DNA from: Ruditapes philippinarum
Taxonomy: Eukaryota
Assembly (NCBI RefSeq): GCF_026571515.1
Contig: NW_026860591.1
Coordinates: forward strand, 1-64,000
DNA: 64,000 nt
Direction: 5' to 3'
Positions 26,089 to 39,377 of the stretch are shown in pieces. A model generated the notes under the pieces. That model searched no databases. It worked only from the letters and a program-made list of their open reading frames with translations, and was not told the DNA's origin. Position numbers and translations under genes: made by a program. Within the stretch, counting starts at the first letter, position 1. Each line of letters starts with the position of its first letter.

Positions 26089-27233
26089 TTTTCTGTGCCC
26101 CCACTTTAAGGAGTGGAATTTGGATTTACCCTTATCCGTCCGTCCGGTCATTCGTCCTTCCGTCCGTCCGTTCTCATTTTGTGTCGCACGTAACTCAAAA
26201 AGAATTTGGCTTAGAGTCATGAAACTTCACAGGAATGTTGATCAGCATGTGTAGTTGTGCATCGGTTGTTTTGCTTATGATTTTGTTTGTTTGTCAGAAT
26301 TATTGTCCTTCACTTAGTAAATATTTACAATTATCAACTTATGTCGCACATAGCTAAAAAATTATCTTACCTAGTGTAATGAAACTTTACAGGAATGTTG
26401 CATAACATGTGTAGTTGTGCACCTAGGTACCTTCGTATGGATTTATGTAGTATTTGTAGAGTTATTGCCCTTCACGTATTGAATATTTACAGTTTTCAAC
26501 TTGTGTCGCACGTAACTCAAAAAGTATTTGACCTAGACATGAAACTTCAAAGGAATGTTGCTCAGCATGTGCTAATGAATGTGCGTCTGAGGTTTTGCTT
26601 GTGGATTTATTGCCCTCGACTTAGTAACGATTTGCAATTTTCAACTTGTGTCGCACGCAGCTCAAAATCTATTTTACCAAGGGTCATGAAACTTTACAGG
26701 AATGTTGATCAACATGTCAAGTTGTGCACCTGGGGTTCCTCTTGTGGATGTATCCAGTATTACTAGAGTTATTGCCCTTCACTTAGTAAAATCCTTTCCA
26801 TTATGCTGTATTATTTGTAAATTGTGTGCTTGAGATATCAGCCAACACTACAAGAAATATGCTCAACACCACTGTGAAACTATGTGCCTGTGGTTTTGCA
26901 TATAGATTTTTTAAAATTTTGTTAGAGTTACTCTTATTACCATTGACTTAGTATAAATTTGCAATATTCAACTTGTTCATGTATAGCTCAAAAAGTATTT
27001 GACCTGTAGGCCTGAAAAATTACAAGAATGTTATTCAGCATATCAACCTATTTACCTGTGGGTTTGCTTGTATATTTATTCATTAAGTGTAAAGTTCTTG
27101 CCCTTCACTCAGTAAAAGATGTTTAGTTTTCAACTTGTGGCACATGTTGCAAAACAAAATTGACCAAGAGTCATCAGATTGACGAAACAGTGGAATGTGT
27201 GGGCACCCGTGTCCTATGGACACATTTCTAGTT
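26089..27233 (-). mobile_element. Helentron-like non-autonomous (HINE-type) element with ~155-bp tandem core
   Basis: Head AACTAGAAATGTGTCCATAGGACAC; about 6 core repeats; (GGAC)n microsatellite; terminal palindrome. Confidence 0.75.
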
Positions 27234-27261
27234 AAAATCTAAATAAGTGTGACAAAAATTA

Positions 27262-30200
27262 GGGTGCCGTTTTATCAACAAAGACGGTCGTAACTGCGAT
27301 CTTATCTTACGACCGATACTTACGACCGAGCTTACGATTTCCCCATGACCGTTTTATAGACACGGTCGTACGCCCTCAGTCGCAGCTAAGACCATTTTCG
27401 GTCGTACGACCGTATAAACAGTAACCATACAGTCGAAAGTACGTTTCCGGGTCACGTGATTTCCCGGGCACCTGTCAATGTAAACACGACTGCATAAAGA
27501 TGATAAACCACATGACCCCGAAATTCTATCTAAAACATAGAAATAACGATTTAAAAAAAATCCCATATATATACTCTATAAAAAACCTATGCATAAACTG
27601 AATACCGTGTATGCCTCGTCGAAGTTGCTTTAATAACGGCAAAGCATGGGGGAGGATCAAAATGGACATTTAAATACGTTTAAGGGCGTGAGGGATGTTG
27701 CACACACAGGCACGAGTATCGGACCTGGGAAGAAAAAATATGACCAGATTGATAAAAAAAAACTGTGTTCATCTTAAAAGTGTCAAAAAAAAATGTAAAT
27801 AATGACCCACTTTGAAAATATACTATAAGTTAACGTCTTAACTTATAGTATATTTTCAAAGGGGGTCATTATTTACATTTTTTTTGGACACTTTTAAGAT
27901 GAACACAGTTTTTTTTTTATCAATCTGGTCATATTTTTTCTTCCCAGGTCCGATACTCGTGCCTTTGGTTGCACGTATTCATTATCCCTCATGTACAGAC
28001 TCAATCAAACCGAGTCTGCAATTTTTATGTAATTTTGTTGTGATTAATGCTTCCGAGGGGTTACTTTGTTTTCCAAATTAACTAAATAAAGTACAAAAAA
28101 ACGATAAGTCTTTTTGTGTTAGAATGCGATTTCTTTTCTTGTAGAAGATTGTAAAAAATACATGGGAAAAACAGTATATTGATATTTATTAAATAAAAAA
28201 AACAGTAAATCATTCACGGATTTATATTAATCCGTGAGACAAATAGATACTTATTTGCGGATCAAAATATAGAGATGCATCAAAAGTAGGACATAAATCC
28301 GTCTACAAAACATGTTATAGACGATGTCAAATTTTTTTAAATCCCTTCTGCATGTTAGGCACATTATTTCTAATAGAAGCGGTAGCGTCATTCTGGTCAT
28401 CCAGTGATACTATTAAATATCACCAATGACTATGTAAGTATATCCCTTACATCCCTGTATCTATAAGAATATTCTGAATAAAAGTCAAAGAACTGATAGT
28501 ATACATCATTATGATCTGTCAACTGTAAAGTATCTTGTCCTAACTGTGTGAGTAAAGCAAAAGGCTTCCAAAGCATAGCTAGTGTTTTAAGATTTTTTTA
28601 CTTTGAACAAAGCGTTGTTGATGACACCCATCAAGGTTCAACCTGTATGTGCGTTCATGACATTGAATAAGTTACAGGTAGCACAGCTTGAATACAAAAT
28701 ATATTTACAGGGCTCTGAGGTAAAATGCTAAACAACATCTGCAAACATTAGAAGAGTCTTTCTTAGCAGTTTCAGCTAAGATTAAGGAAAAGTTGAAAAC
28801 AATATGGCTGGCTTATTTGTAAAAGTATTTACAGAACAGTAAGTGTTAGAATGTTACAAAGTCTTTTAGTATTATTCCAGTATGACAATGAATACATATT
28901 GCAAAGAAAATTATGACATTAAAATGACATGTTGCAATGTTTCTAATTCATATTAATTTTTAATAATACCTATTTAGAATTGATGTACATATCTGCTAGA
29001 AAACAATCTTGAAACTAGATAACAATATAAAAACAATATGTTTTAACAGACACAGGGTACTATTCAGACAAGAGCAGTTAAGACAAATAATAAATTTAGC
29101 ACATTAAATATAAAATGTCACTTCCAGGGAATTCTGTAGAAAGTTTCACAGCTTTACATTAAGATTGTTTATTTTCATTATTGTCCCTTTTGTGTTATTT
29201 TCTTTGTGTTTTTAATATTCATCCCAACAATTTTTAATGCATTCAAGTAACAATAAATCAATAAATATCAATATAAACACATATGTTACATTGATTTATC
29301 TCATGTCATTTTACTTTCAGATGAATTGTAACACATAAATCTTTGTTTTTGTAAAGTCACTTTAATCAAATTGAATACAGAGAAGAACATCATTTTGCTG
29401 TGTATTCCTTTCAAGTTTTGAACATGAATCAAACATTTCATAATGTTATTCAAGAGAATGATTCAGTAAAGTTATCACTTCAAGAAATATAAATATTTGA
29501 TTTTGACATACATTAATAGCTATAGTTTTGACACTTAAGACAAGTGAATATACAGTCAGTACAAACATGTACCATCCAAGGTATACACTCAGAAACAACT
29601 TAAAGACCTTAACCTATGTATATGTTTTCATTAATCATTAATAAAAAAGCATTCACATAAAGCTTCTTACATGCATTCAGGGTAATAATTGTAGATCACT
29701 GACTATCCCTTTGTGACCATACTCAAGTGTTATTTTTATTCATGTGCATGTAGAAACAAAGTTATTATGGAATGTATTAAATTATACATAATGTACTTTA
29801 TTCAATATAAATTGATGAAATGTTTAATAGTCTATATAACTTTCTTCATAACTATCTTTAGGACTTTTTATGTCCTTTGTTGGCCATATAACAAGGTCAC
29901 AACACTTGGCCCCCTTAAGGGAGAGCTGTCCCTGGATATTGATTCCAACCATAGGATTGTTTAGCTGTAAACCTTCCATAATTCAGCAGTAGTCTGAAAC
30001 ATTACAGAGAATAATCTGACTTAAAATCAAATAATAAACATTGTAATTTGATACAATAATTTTTTTACAAACTATCTCATATGAAATGTCAAGAACAGAT
30101 AAATATGAAAATGTATAATTCAAATGAAATCCTTATAACTAAATGTTAATAGTTTTTATTCAATAATTCTGTATGTCTTTGTAATAATATTTGTCAGTCA

Positions 30201-32253
30201 CAGCCATTGAGCTTTTAAATAGGTTCTTACTGTTGAATTTTTTTGATATTCCTCTATAACTGTCAGTTTTCTGACAGTGTAAGGTAATTTTACTTTTATA
30301 ATACTGTTTCTAAAATAAGTTTGTCACTACTGACCCTGGTGATATACAGCCTCATCATTGTTAATGTCCTCTTTTACAAACACATTGATCAGCAGATGCA
30401 CCAAGTACTAACTATTCATGCTGCCTTATATCTGTAAGGAAAATCAGATAAAAATTCAGCTACAATTTCATAGACTCTATATAGCATGTGCATGTATAAA
30501 AGAAAATCAAGTGATACCTGAAAAGAAGCCTACTAGGATAATATCTACATAAACTTTAACAAACCTATGAGTAAATATGATAATGATTTCCACAAATCTA
30601 ACATTACTACAATATATTACAATAGTATTTGTTTAAATGTGGAAACAAGACACTTAACATCTGAAGACACTTCACATCCCAAAATCATTAAGACACTTCA
30701 CCCATCATCCCTGATTATTTCTAGAATAAATATTTCATCAACAAATAAACCTTTTGTTTGTTAATTTTCTTTTTTTAGTATTTTTTTATAAAATGTTTAA
30801 CTCAAGGCAATTTTCAATATTTTTAACACTGACAAGTTAACTTGCAACATGGAACTTTGATATATTACATCATTTTCTGAAACATTACATGAAAGACAAT
30901 TTTTAAGTATCAATGTGACATAAAAATAAAGAAAAATCTGCTATATAATTGTTGATAAAAAATATTATGTGTGATTTTCAACATAACTATCAATGTACTG
31001 TCAAACTGGGACATACATGTATTTCCCAGTATCAATGTTAGAACAAATGAGGGGTGAAAGAGATATCTCATACATGTATCTAAGATAGTAGGTCACCCAC
31101 TTTAAATGACTAATACAAAATAAGTTATTTTAAATAGTCAAACTTATTTTGAAGTTTTAATGTGATAATTATATTTTAGAAAAAAATATAAAGTACTTAA
31201 CTGATTATCATTAATACCATATAAATATATTAGGGGAAAAGTAATATCTCTACAATATTTTGATTTGGTCCATACTTATTATATAACAAGAAATGTGTTA
31301 AAATATTGAATATTTTAATCACCATAATTGATTGCATTTCACATGTTCCACCTTAATTTGTGTAAAGCACATAACAACACATAACCAAAAAGGGAGGTGT
31401 AGTGCTTTAATCAGATTTCATAGAAAGGGGGGTGAAGTGAACTCTAAAACTGTCTATTTCAAACTCACCTGTCTGCACAAGTTACTTGTCCTTTGTTGAC
31501 AATCCTCTTTTCATGTGATACACCAAATTGGATCTAAAGATGCTCAATTCGCATTCATGTACATGCTTTACCAAACAAAAGTGCTCCAGTTTCATTTGCA
31601 TTCCCATTACAGCACTGTACTGTAGGAACCTTAACAAAATGTTGCCATGTTGATTTCACATTATTAGCACATGTCTTTCACCTAGATACTGTAGCAACTT
31701 CATTGTAAGGTCTACAAAAGAACATACTTAACTAATTATAACAATCAAATTGGTTTAATAGCTTGAAAATTAACACAATTGTTATTGACAATTGTTAGAT
31801 CTATGTTCTGTCCGAAATCTGCACTGTCCGAAATTTCTGTACTGAAATATTTCGAAAAGAAAAGTAGGAAACGGTAAAGATAATTGTAAGAATCATTTGC
31901 TTATCTGGCTACAGATGTGACAGGAGTTATATTAAACACACATATATACATTGGTTGTACTAAAATGAAAGTAATATAACTAACCATAGCTATCCGTGGT
32001 TAGTTGAAAACTTCAATTGTTCAAATATTTGTGTTTGAAAGTTCCTAGTGGGAATTATGCAAAAATGGCCGCCATTTTTAAGATCTTAAGCCTACTTACG
32101 ACTGGTCTGAAGCAGCCTTAAAGTTACGACGTAAATCTACGACGTCTTAGCTACGACCATGTTGATAAAACGCGACGTAGCCGTAAGATCGGTCGTACGA
32201 CCAAATTTTAGCTACGACCGGGCGTGTACACGACCGTTGATAAAACGACACCC
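27262..32253 (-). mobile_element. ~5-kb PIF/Harbinger-like TIR element, degenerate
   Basis: TIRs GGGTGYCGTTTTATCAAC; subterminal TACGACC repeats at both ends; possible 3-bp TSD (TAG/CAG); nuclease-like remnant ATVSR..HFVKVPT..CT*MRI at ~31470-31710. Confidence 0.75.
27705..27967. mobile_element. Foldback MITE (hAT-type), near-perfect 263-bp palindrome
   Basis: CAMAGGCACGAG termini, ~130-bp arms, 4-nt loop CGTC, 8-bp TSD GTTGCACA/GTTGCACG. Confidence 0.88.
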
Positions 32254-32604
32254 AGAATCGTAAGGGACAAGAATATGTACATCAGAATCAGGTCAATAAC
32301 TACTAGTGATATTTATGCAGAAACAGGTTAGATATCAAATAATCAAAATATATTTCAGATGGTAGCAAACTAAAATGTTTAACAAGAGATCAAGGTAGTT
32401 TTTATATTTTAAACTTCATACAATTGGTAAGATCAAAAAAAATAAATGATTCCATAAAATGATTAGGTTTCTTGCTTATATTACACAATAGCATGAAGGT
32501 AGAATATATTTATTTCCTGCAAATTAAAAAAACGTGAAATAAATTTGAAGAGATCACCTCGTAGAACATGTGCATTCAGTTGTTTTGTACAGCTGAGAAT
32601 GACA

Positions 32605-32710
32605 GTTGATAAAACGACACCCAGAATCGTAAGGGACAAGAATATGTACATCAGAATCAGGTCAATAACTACTAGTGATATTTATGCAGAAACAGGTTAG
32701 ATATCAAATA
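32605..32710 (+). repeat. Exact 106-bp copy of 32236-32341
   Basis: Identical sequence, including the Harbinger-like right TIR. Confidence 0.95.
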
Positions 32711-34261
32711 GACAGTTAGATAGTTAAAGTCAAAGTACATTTAATCGTTCTATTAATTCTACAAGCAAACCACTTTGGAGTATCCTTGTTTGATTTATGT
32801 CTAGCTGTTTCGGTCGAAACACAAGCCTAAATATCAAAATGGCTGCAAAATTCAAAATGGCCACCAAGCTGGCCGCCGAAATCCGGTAATTTGAGATGGA
32901 TTTAGCTCAATACAGGATTGGAGCAGTACCTCTAGACGCTTGCAGAAATCATGATCACAAAATAGACAAATATCGTTTTTTTCGCCGATTTTTACATTTT
33001 TCCTTGATTATCGTACTTGATTCGGTGTGAAAAGATGAATTAGACCTGTTAAAGTTCATTCCGTTGGGTAAAAAGACAAGATTTTATCATTTTATCATTC
33101 AAGCGCCTTGTCCGGTATATACCGGAATACGGTATTTAGTGTGGTGCTCCAATTCTTTTTTTAGTCACAGCCATTTGAGATACCCTTCCGACAATTTACA
33201 ATAAAAATTTGCAAAATTATGCATAATATTTGGCATAATATATCGTGGTTAATATGGCCGCCAGTATAGGATTTTTATGGTTTTGCATTAATTTTAATGA
33301 CTCATACTTCACGCTTTTTCAGATATTTCGGACTTCACCTTATAACTCTAAATAAAATCAAGTTTAAACATTTAATTTTAATAACTTATTATCAATATAA
33401 TAGCAATATTTTATACGGTGACCACTGAAAACTTATTTAAAATGTGATAATCTAATGATATATTTCTACTTTAAACGCAAATTTAATGACAATTTTCTAC
33501 TGTTAACGCCAGGTTCTCAGTTTAAAAGGTATATTTAACAGAATACAATGTAACATTTAATGGTCACTGGGTAGTATTTTACACAATGAAATTTTGAAGC
33601 TTGTAACGACAGCCGTTTGATTTGCATAACGCTGTGCATGGAAGATCAGCTTTAGCACATTTACTTCCTCCGTAGCCATTTTCCTAATTACAGATATATT
33701 TTAGCAGTTTCCTACATGATTTTTCTGCTAGCAACAAATTTGTCCACAGAAGCTGTCACAGAAATATTGGCTTTTTTGTTTTGACCAAGATTTGTAACCA
33801 GTTTATGTAGGCTGGTATCGAAATCAAAGGGTTCTGTGGTGCCAAATTCAACGACTGATCAAATTCACAGGGTTTCAAAAATTAAAAGAAATTCAAGTTG
33901 ATTGCCTCCAGATAAGCTTAAATATTTTTCAAGAAATCAACTTCAAAAAAAGTATTTTAACGATTTAAGAAAGGTTAAACTATTCACAATTTCAGCAATA
34001 AATTAAATGTTTTATGCAATTAATACATGATTTTACAGTATTTTTCAACGTATTTGTAAGTGCTATATTTGCATATTTTAACATACTTAATAATTTTTAA
34101 GTATTGTTGAAGTATACTTTTCTTTCTTTGTACACTTGACAACATTTTACTTTTTAATACATTTTTAACATTTTCCTGAAAATTAGCATGAATTTGGAGG
34201 CATGCAGCTTATAAGCTGACTTAAGTGTAAAGCTGGATAATGACACTTTATTAATTAATGA

Positions 34262-35950
34262 TGGTGTTTTGGGTTTAATTTCACATTAACACACAACTGG
34301 CCATACCGTGCCGAATACTACATGAAAAGTAATCTATTTGTTCATATAAGATTATTAAATCTGAAAAAGGGTAATAAGGGAGTTAATAACTTTAATAATA
34401 CAGGTTTATATCCCTTAAGTAGTCGATCAATGTTAAGGAAGGAAATGGGTCAAAAAGTTGTGAGAGTGAATTTAATCGGTAATATCTATGGTGAACCTGT
34501 GCAAGATAATAGCATTCAGCATAATGGCCTGATAAAAGATGAGAATGTGTAACTCTATTGTGTCATGTTGAACATCTCAGAAGATTAAGCTCCCATTCAA
34601 AGATGATATAAGTGTATTTATTGAAGGTTAAAAATCACAATTTTAGTAACAGTAAAATTTGAGTTTTTAAGGTTTCTTTAGACAAAACTTTTCATTTCTT
34701 TGTACTCCTTCGTGGCCTGGAATCCAATTATAATTTTACTGCCTTGGTTTTAAATATATCATGAAATCACAATAAAAGCTTCTTTATCATAGTTTTATCA
34801 AATTTTCTATTTTTGATTGAAATTAAAAAGCACGGAGTGTGAATCTGAAAAGTTACAAATTATTATGCTGTAAAATGTTTAACAAGGCTTAATCAAAAGC
34901 TTTTGTTTCAGCAGTTAATATAGATACATTATCAGATAGTCTCATTCACGATGTAAAATGATTTTTAAAGACTGCACCTTCTTTGTAACAATATTTGGAA
35001 TCGTCTCTGTCAATATAAATATAATCTAGATGTTCTTTGAAGTTTGAATAACATCAGGAGAAATAGATGACTTTTTTAAGTTTGATAGACTAATTTGAAC
35101 TTCTGGGGAATTTAAGTCCACAGAGAAACATCTACAACATTTTGAAGAATATACTTTGGGTCTACTTTAAGTTTTTCTAAACTATCTTAAAAACGAAGAG
35201 GCTAGCTTTCTTTTGTTTGTTTGAAATATTGTTGCTGTAATCTGGTTTAAGTATAACTTTCCAGCAGGACTTTTACTAGTTGATGTTACCCTAGCTGCAT
35301 ATTGCAAAGAAAGCTTTTCATCAAAAGCTGAACCAATCTTATTTTAAAGTTTCTATCGACAAGAAAGGTAGAAATAAAGATTGGAATTCTACTAATAAAT
35401 ACTGCATCCTTTATATCTTAAAGACTATCATGTTTCCATACTGTACCATAAGGTTTTACAATATCAAATTAAATTGAAGCCGAGTGCTGTTTATTTATTA
35501 AAGATATTATTATAAAAAATCGGGATAAACATGATGATTGTTTGTACTTTGCTGTTCATTACAAAATAGTTCTTTAACTTCTAAATGCCATACCAGGGGA
35601 TTATTTACCATTCTTTCAAATGTTTTGCATAAGTGAAGTTGGACGGTAATTTGCAGGGTCAGTGCTATCCCTTTCAGGTTAAGGAATTGGGATAATCACA
35701 GCTTCTTTCGAACTTTTAGGAAACTCACCAGATAACGATATATCGTTAAATATGTCAAGAAGCATGTAGGGCACAAATGGTAGTAATTCAAGAGATTGAT
35801 GTGGAAGGAGTTTAAGAAATCATAAGAAATGTCAACTGGACCTGCTGCTGTATCTTTTGCTCTCTTGATCGATTCAACTACATCTTTTATAGAAAAGAGA
35901 GTATTGTGAATTTTGTCATTTGCTGAAGTAAAATGAAATTAACTTTTAAT
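34262..35950 (-). mobile_element. Decayed LINE, I/Nimb-clade-like
   Basis: KRAKDTAAGP.DISYDFLK, SGEFPKS.KEAVIIPIP, STDPANYRP, C-terminal THSHLL; 3' end TGGCC..GTGAAATTAAACCCAAAAC. Confidence 0.7.
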
Positions 35951-36104
35951 TAATTTCACTGTTTAAGCAACTATGTTATAAAAGATCATCAATAAAACGC
36001 CTTTAATTACAGGGACAGCATAACTACCACTTAAATGTACAGATAGTGAGCACTAAGATAGAAAAGCAAAAATTTATAATGGTACAGGTTGTAAAATATG
36101 TAAT

Positions 36105-39095
36105 GTGTCTGTGCTAGGGGCATGGACGGTAGCTTGCAAATGCAATCAAACAGAGCCTGCAACATTTTGAAGTTTGTCATATTAGGGTTTCTGATTCAGC
36201 TTTCGCTAGTTAACATGATCAATATATTTTGGAAAATCAACCAAACCTTCACGAGAAATACATTTAAGTCTCAACAGCACAAACTATGGTGTACTCATTC
36301 TTTAAATGGTTTCATTTCAGTTTTCATTTATAACGTTGGCATAATTATTTCTGCCACCATTTGCGCTTTATTTTTGTGTTAATTATTTGCTTAACTCGTT
36401 ATGTAACTAGTTTACTTTAATTATATGGATAACGGGCTAAGTTACATGGCAATAACTCCCTACTTTCTTAACTAACTTTTTGATATTTGTCTATGAATAA
36501 TCTTCCTTACTATTTTGGGGAAAAAAGCTGTTGAAAGCAAATCTAACGTTACAACTAACGCCAAGTTATCGTCATTTGTGCAATGAATGAATAAAATTTG
36601 ATGTATATCTCTTTCTGAGTATTTAATTGAAATAAGCGATATTGTTTTGTCGGTTTTATCAAATTATGACAATATTCGAACTGGTTCATTATAGGACACC
36701 ATGTTTATATGACAAATTTATTCGTTATGTGACATACATGCCTTTTTGACATTTCTTGACTATCATGTCTACACAATAACAGAGACCAGCGGGTACAACG
36801 ATAAACACAATAAGGCAGTCGGGGATGAGGCAGAGTATAAAAGACCAAACAAGCTCAGATTTGGAAGAATTTTCAGCAATGAGCATAAATCCGTAAAAAC
36901 TGAATAAACCTAGAACGTATACCAAAATAAATATAGTATAAAATCATTTTGCCTTTGGAAAACAAAAACACAGCGGATAAACTAGAACACTTTGGCATGT
37001 TTTGCAAGCCTTTTCGATTTAAGTGGCATTATGCTCATAGTTGCATTGTCATAAGGAGTAAAATTGATGAAGATTGGCTATTATAATGGTGAAAATGGTG
37101 ATTGACCATCAATTGGTATTAGAAATTGTTAAAGAGAAAATGGGAATCAAGACTGCCGATGTCTTTTAATAAATTGAGCATTACATGTTAATTCCGATGG
37201 ATACTTGCAACAATTCTATTTCAATTTAAAACGCGTTATTTATCGTTCATGCGAACTAAATCATAAAATTGAAAGGCATGAAAGAAATGTAAACTTATTT
37301 TGACTTCACCTGTTTTCTCACTATAAACCATTGGGTGGGCATATCATAACTTTAATTGTAAATCATGTTTTACGCTGACTTAAACACTGTATTTTCCGTT
37401 GGGCCTATATATTTTATTTTGCATATTCGTGAAAAAGTAGGAAGTAAATAATTTTATAAACTGCCAATATGAAAATCTTATGTTCGAGGGCAACGCTCAT
37501 TTTTAAGCTGTACTTTTAATGAAAATAAGTAAACATTGCCACGGGAAACATAATCACACAGCACCAGCCAATATAACCACAACACCCCATATCGTCATAT
37601 CCTTTTTTAGAAAACGTGTTAACGCAAGTTCCAAATACGGCCAAGAACATTACAACAAAGATAGTTACTTCATCTAATTCTGAAAAGATTTAATGAAACA
37701 GGCATCATCTTAATGTCCTCTTGTTAGTCTGTGTTTCGCTAGATATAGTAATTTTAAAATATGTACCTTCATGTTGTTTTTTCTCTATCAAAGATAGCGT
37801 ATAATTGCTATGTGGATTTTTGTTCGGTAAGGGGACAAATCGCCTACTTATGTCGCGTTTGTCAAAATTCATATAAGCAAAAATACAGTTCCGAGCCATT
37901 TAATTAATAATTCAAAACAAAATATAACAAAAGCAATGAAATGTCGGAAGTTAATCTTAAGGTACTGCCGCATCCGTAATATTTGATTCTAGCAAGGTTG
38001 AATCATGCGTCTCTAGCTTGGACACTTAATATTTCTCTACTGATGAGATGCGTGACGTGTATACTATAAAAGCAATGAGTACTCGCGGACCTGTCACCCC
38101 ACTCCCCTCGGAATTTAATAATGACAATGTCAAAATTACATTGCATTAGTTACATTTGACTTTAATCAATATTTAGAATGAGAAGACATGTACATGTGAA
38201 AATAGATTCTTTGTTCATTGGTAAAAAGCACCATTTTTCGGAACCCATTGTAACCAACTAAATAGTCCGATTGCGTTGCATTGCTCCCAATTAAGGCAAA
38301 AGGGCACACGGAAATAGGAAAAAATAGAGAAAAATAAGAATCCCTAAAGCCCATCACAATAAAATTGAAAATGTTGCAGGCTCGGCTTGATTCAGCCTGT
38401 TCATGGACATCACTGCCAAGTCAAGTGCAAACTACCGTCCATGCCCTTGCACTGGCTTAAGCAGAATTCAACATTTAACATGAATTGATACATTTTTGAA
38501 TTTTGAAACATCCTCAGATCTGTTCATACAAAAACTGGCAGCATGCCTTCTATTCCAATTCTAAATATTGTCGTGGAAAAAAAACCATCATTTTGTGGAG
38601 CTTAAAGTGCTGATTTACCAGTTCATTAATTTTGAAGGTTTTTTAATCACGTTTCACTCTTGCTTTTGCCACAAGTTGAAAAACCTGTCCAGTGGTATGT
38701 GCGTTAGCCGATGTTGCGATGATTTGTTCACTCTGTATTCTGTATATTTCCTCCTCAAGTTTTGTTATACGTTATACATTCAATATGGTAAACAAGATCA
38801 ACAAGGAAAGGTGGTGTTCAATGAGCGAAACCCCCAAACGACCCAGCAACAAGAACCAGTGCCAGGTATGGTATTAGTATGCCAGCGTTATGGCTTACAG
38901 ACTCCCAATATAGGGCAATATAAGACACAATTCGATGCAATTGTTTGGTCACCTTTACTTCATGGCGCTACCGACACGACATACAGACGTTTCAATGGTG
39001 TATGAATGCTAGATAATTTCATTTATTTTAACTTCACTTCAAACGTCTATGTTGAGCTATCCGTTAGTAAGTTTTGTTGTTGATTAGCTAGTTTC
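36105..39095 (-). pseudogene. Partial duplicate of the claudin-like gene (exons 2-3 and flanking introns; paralog of ~7130-10870)
   Basis: The exon 3 copy (~36740-36910) is open. The exon 2 copy (~37540-37680) has an ~18-nt deletion and no GT donor. No copies of exons 1 or 4 were seen. Confidence 0.8.
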
Positions 39096-39377
39096 CTCCT
39101 TAAGGTAGAACACCCCTAATAGGGACTATAAGACATTGTAGAATTGACAACATAGGACAGTTAAATGCCTTAAATGTCACCTGTATGCAAAACCTAAACA
39201 AAATTTACCGTGTGGTTTATGAGTTATGGACATTTTTCTGAACTAAAACTTTTCCATAAGAAGGGCTTTTTTTCAGAAATGAGGAAACTCTTAATAATCT
39301 ATAATATCATCACTATGAAAAATGTTTTCCTATTGCTCATTGTTAAGAAACAAAAATGACATTTAGGTAACAAATTA

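Noticed and set aside
26395-26766. 123-aa ORF (and ORFs at 43.8-44.9 kb)
   Set aside because: Chance frames within tandem repeat cores.
38240-38470. Hydrophobic reading frame suggesting a nested membrane-protein pseudogene
   Set aside because: It is an inverted copy of the dispersed repeat at ~7140 and ~36115.
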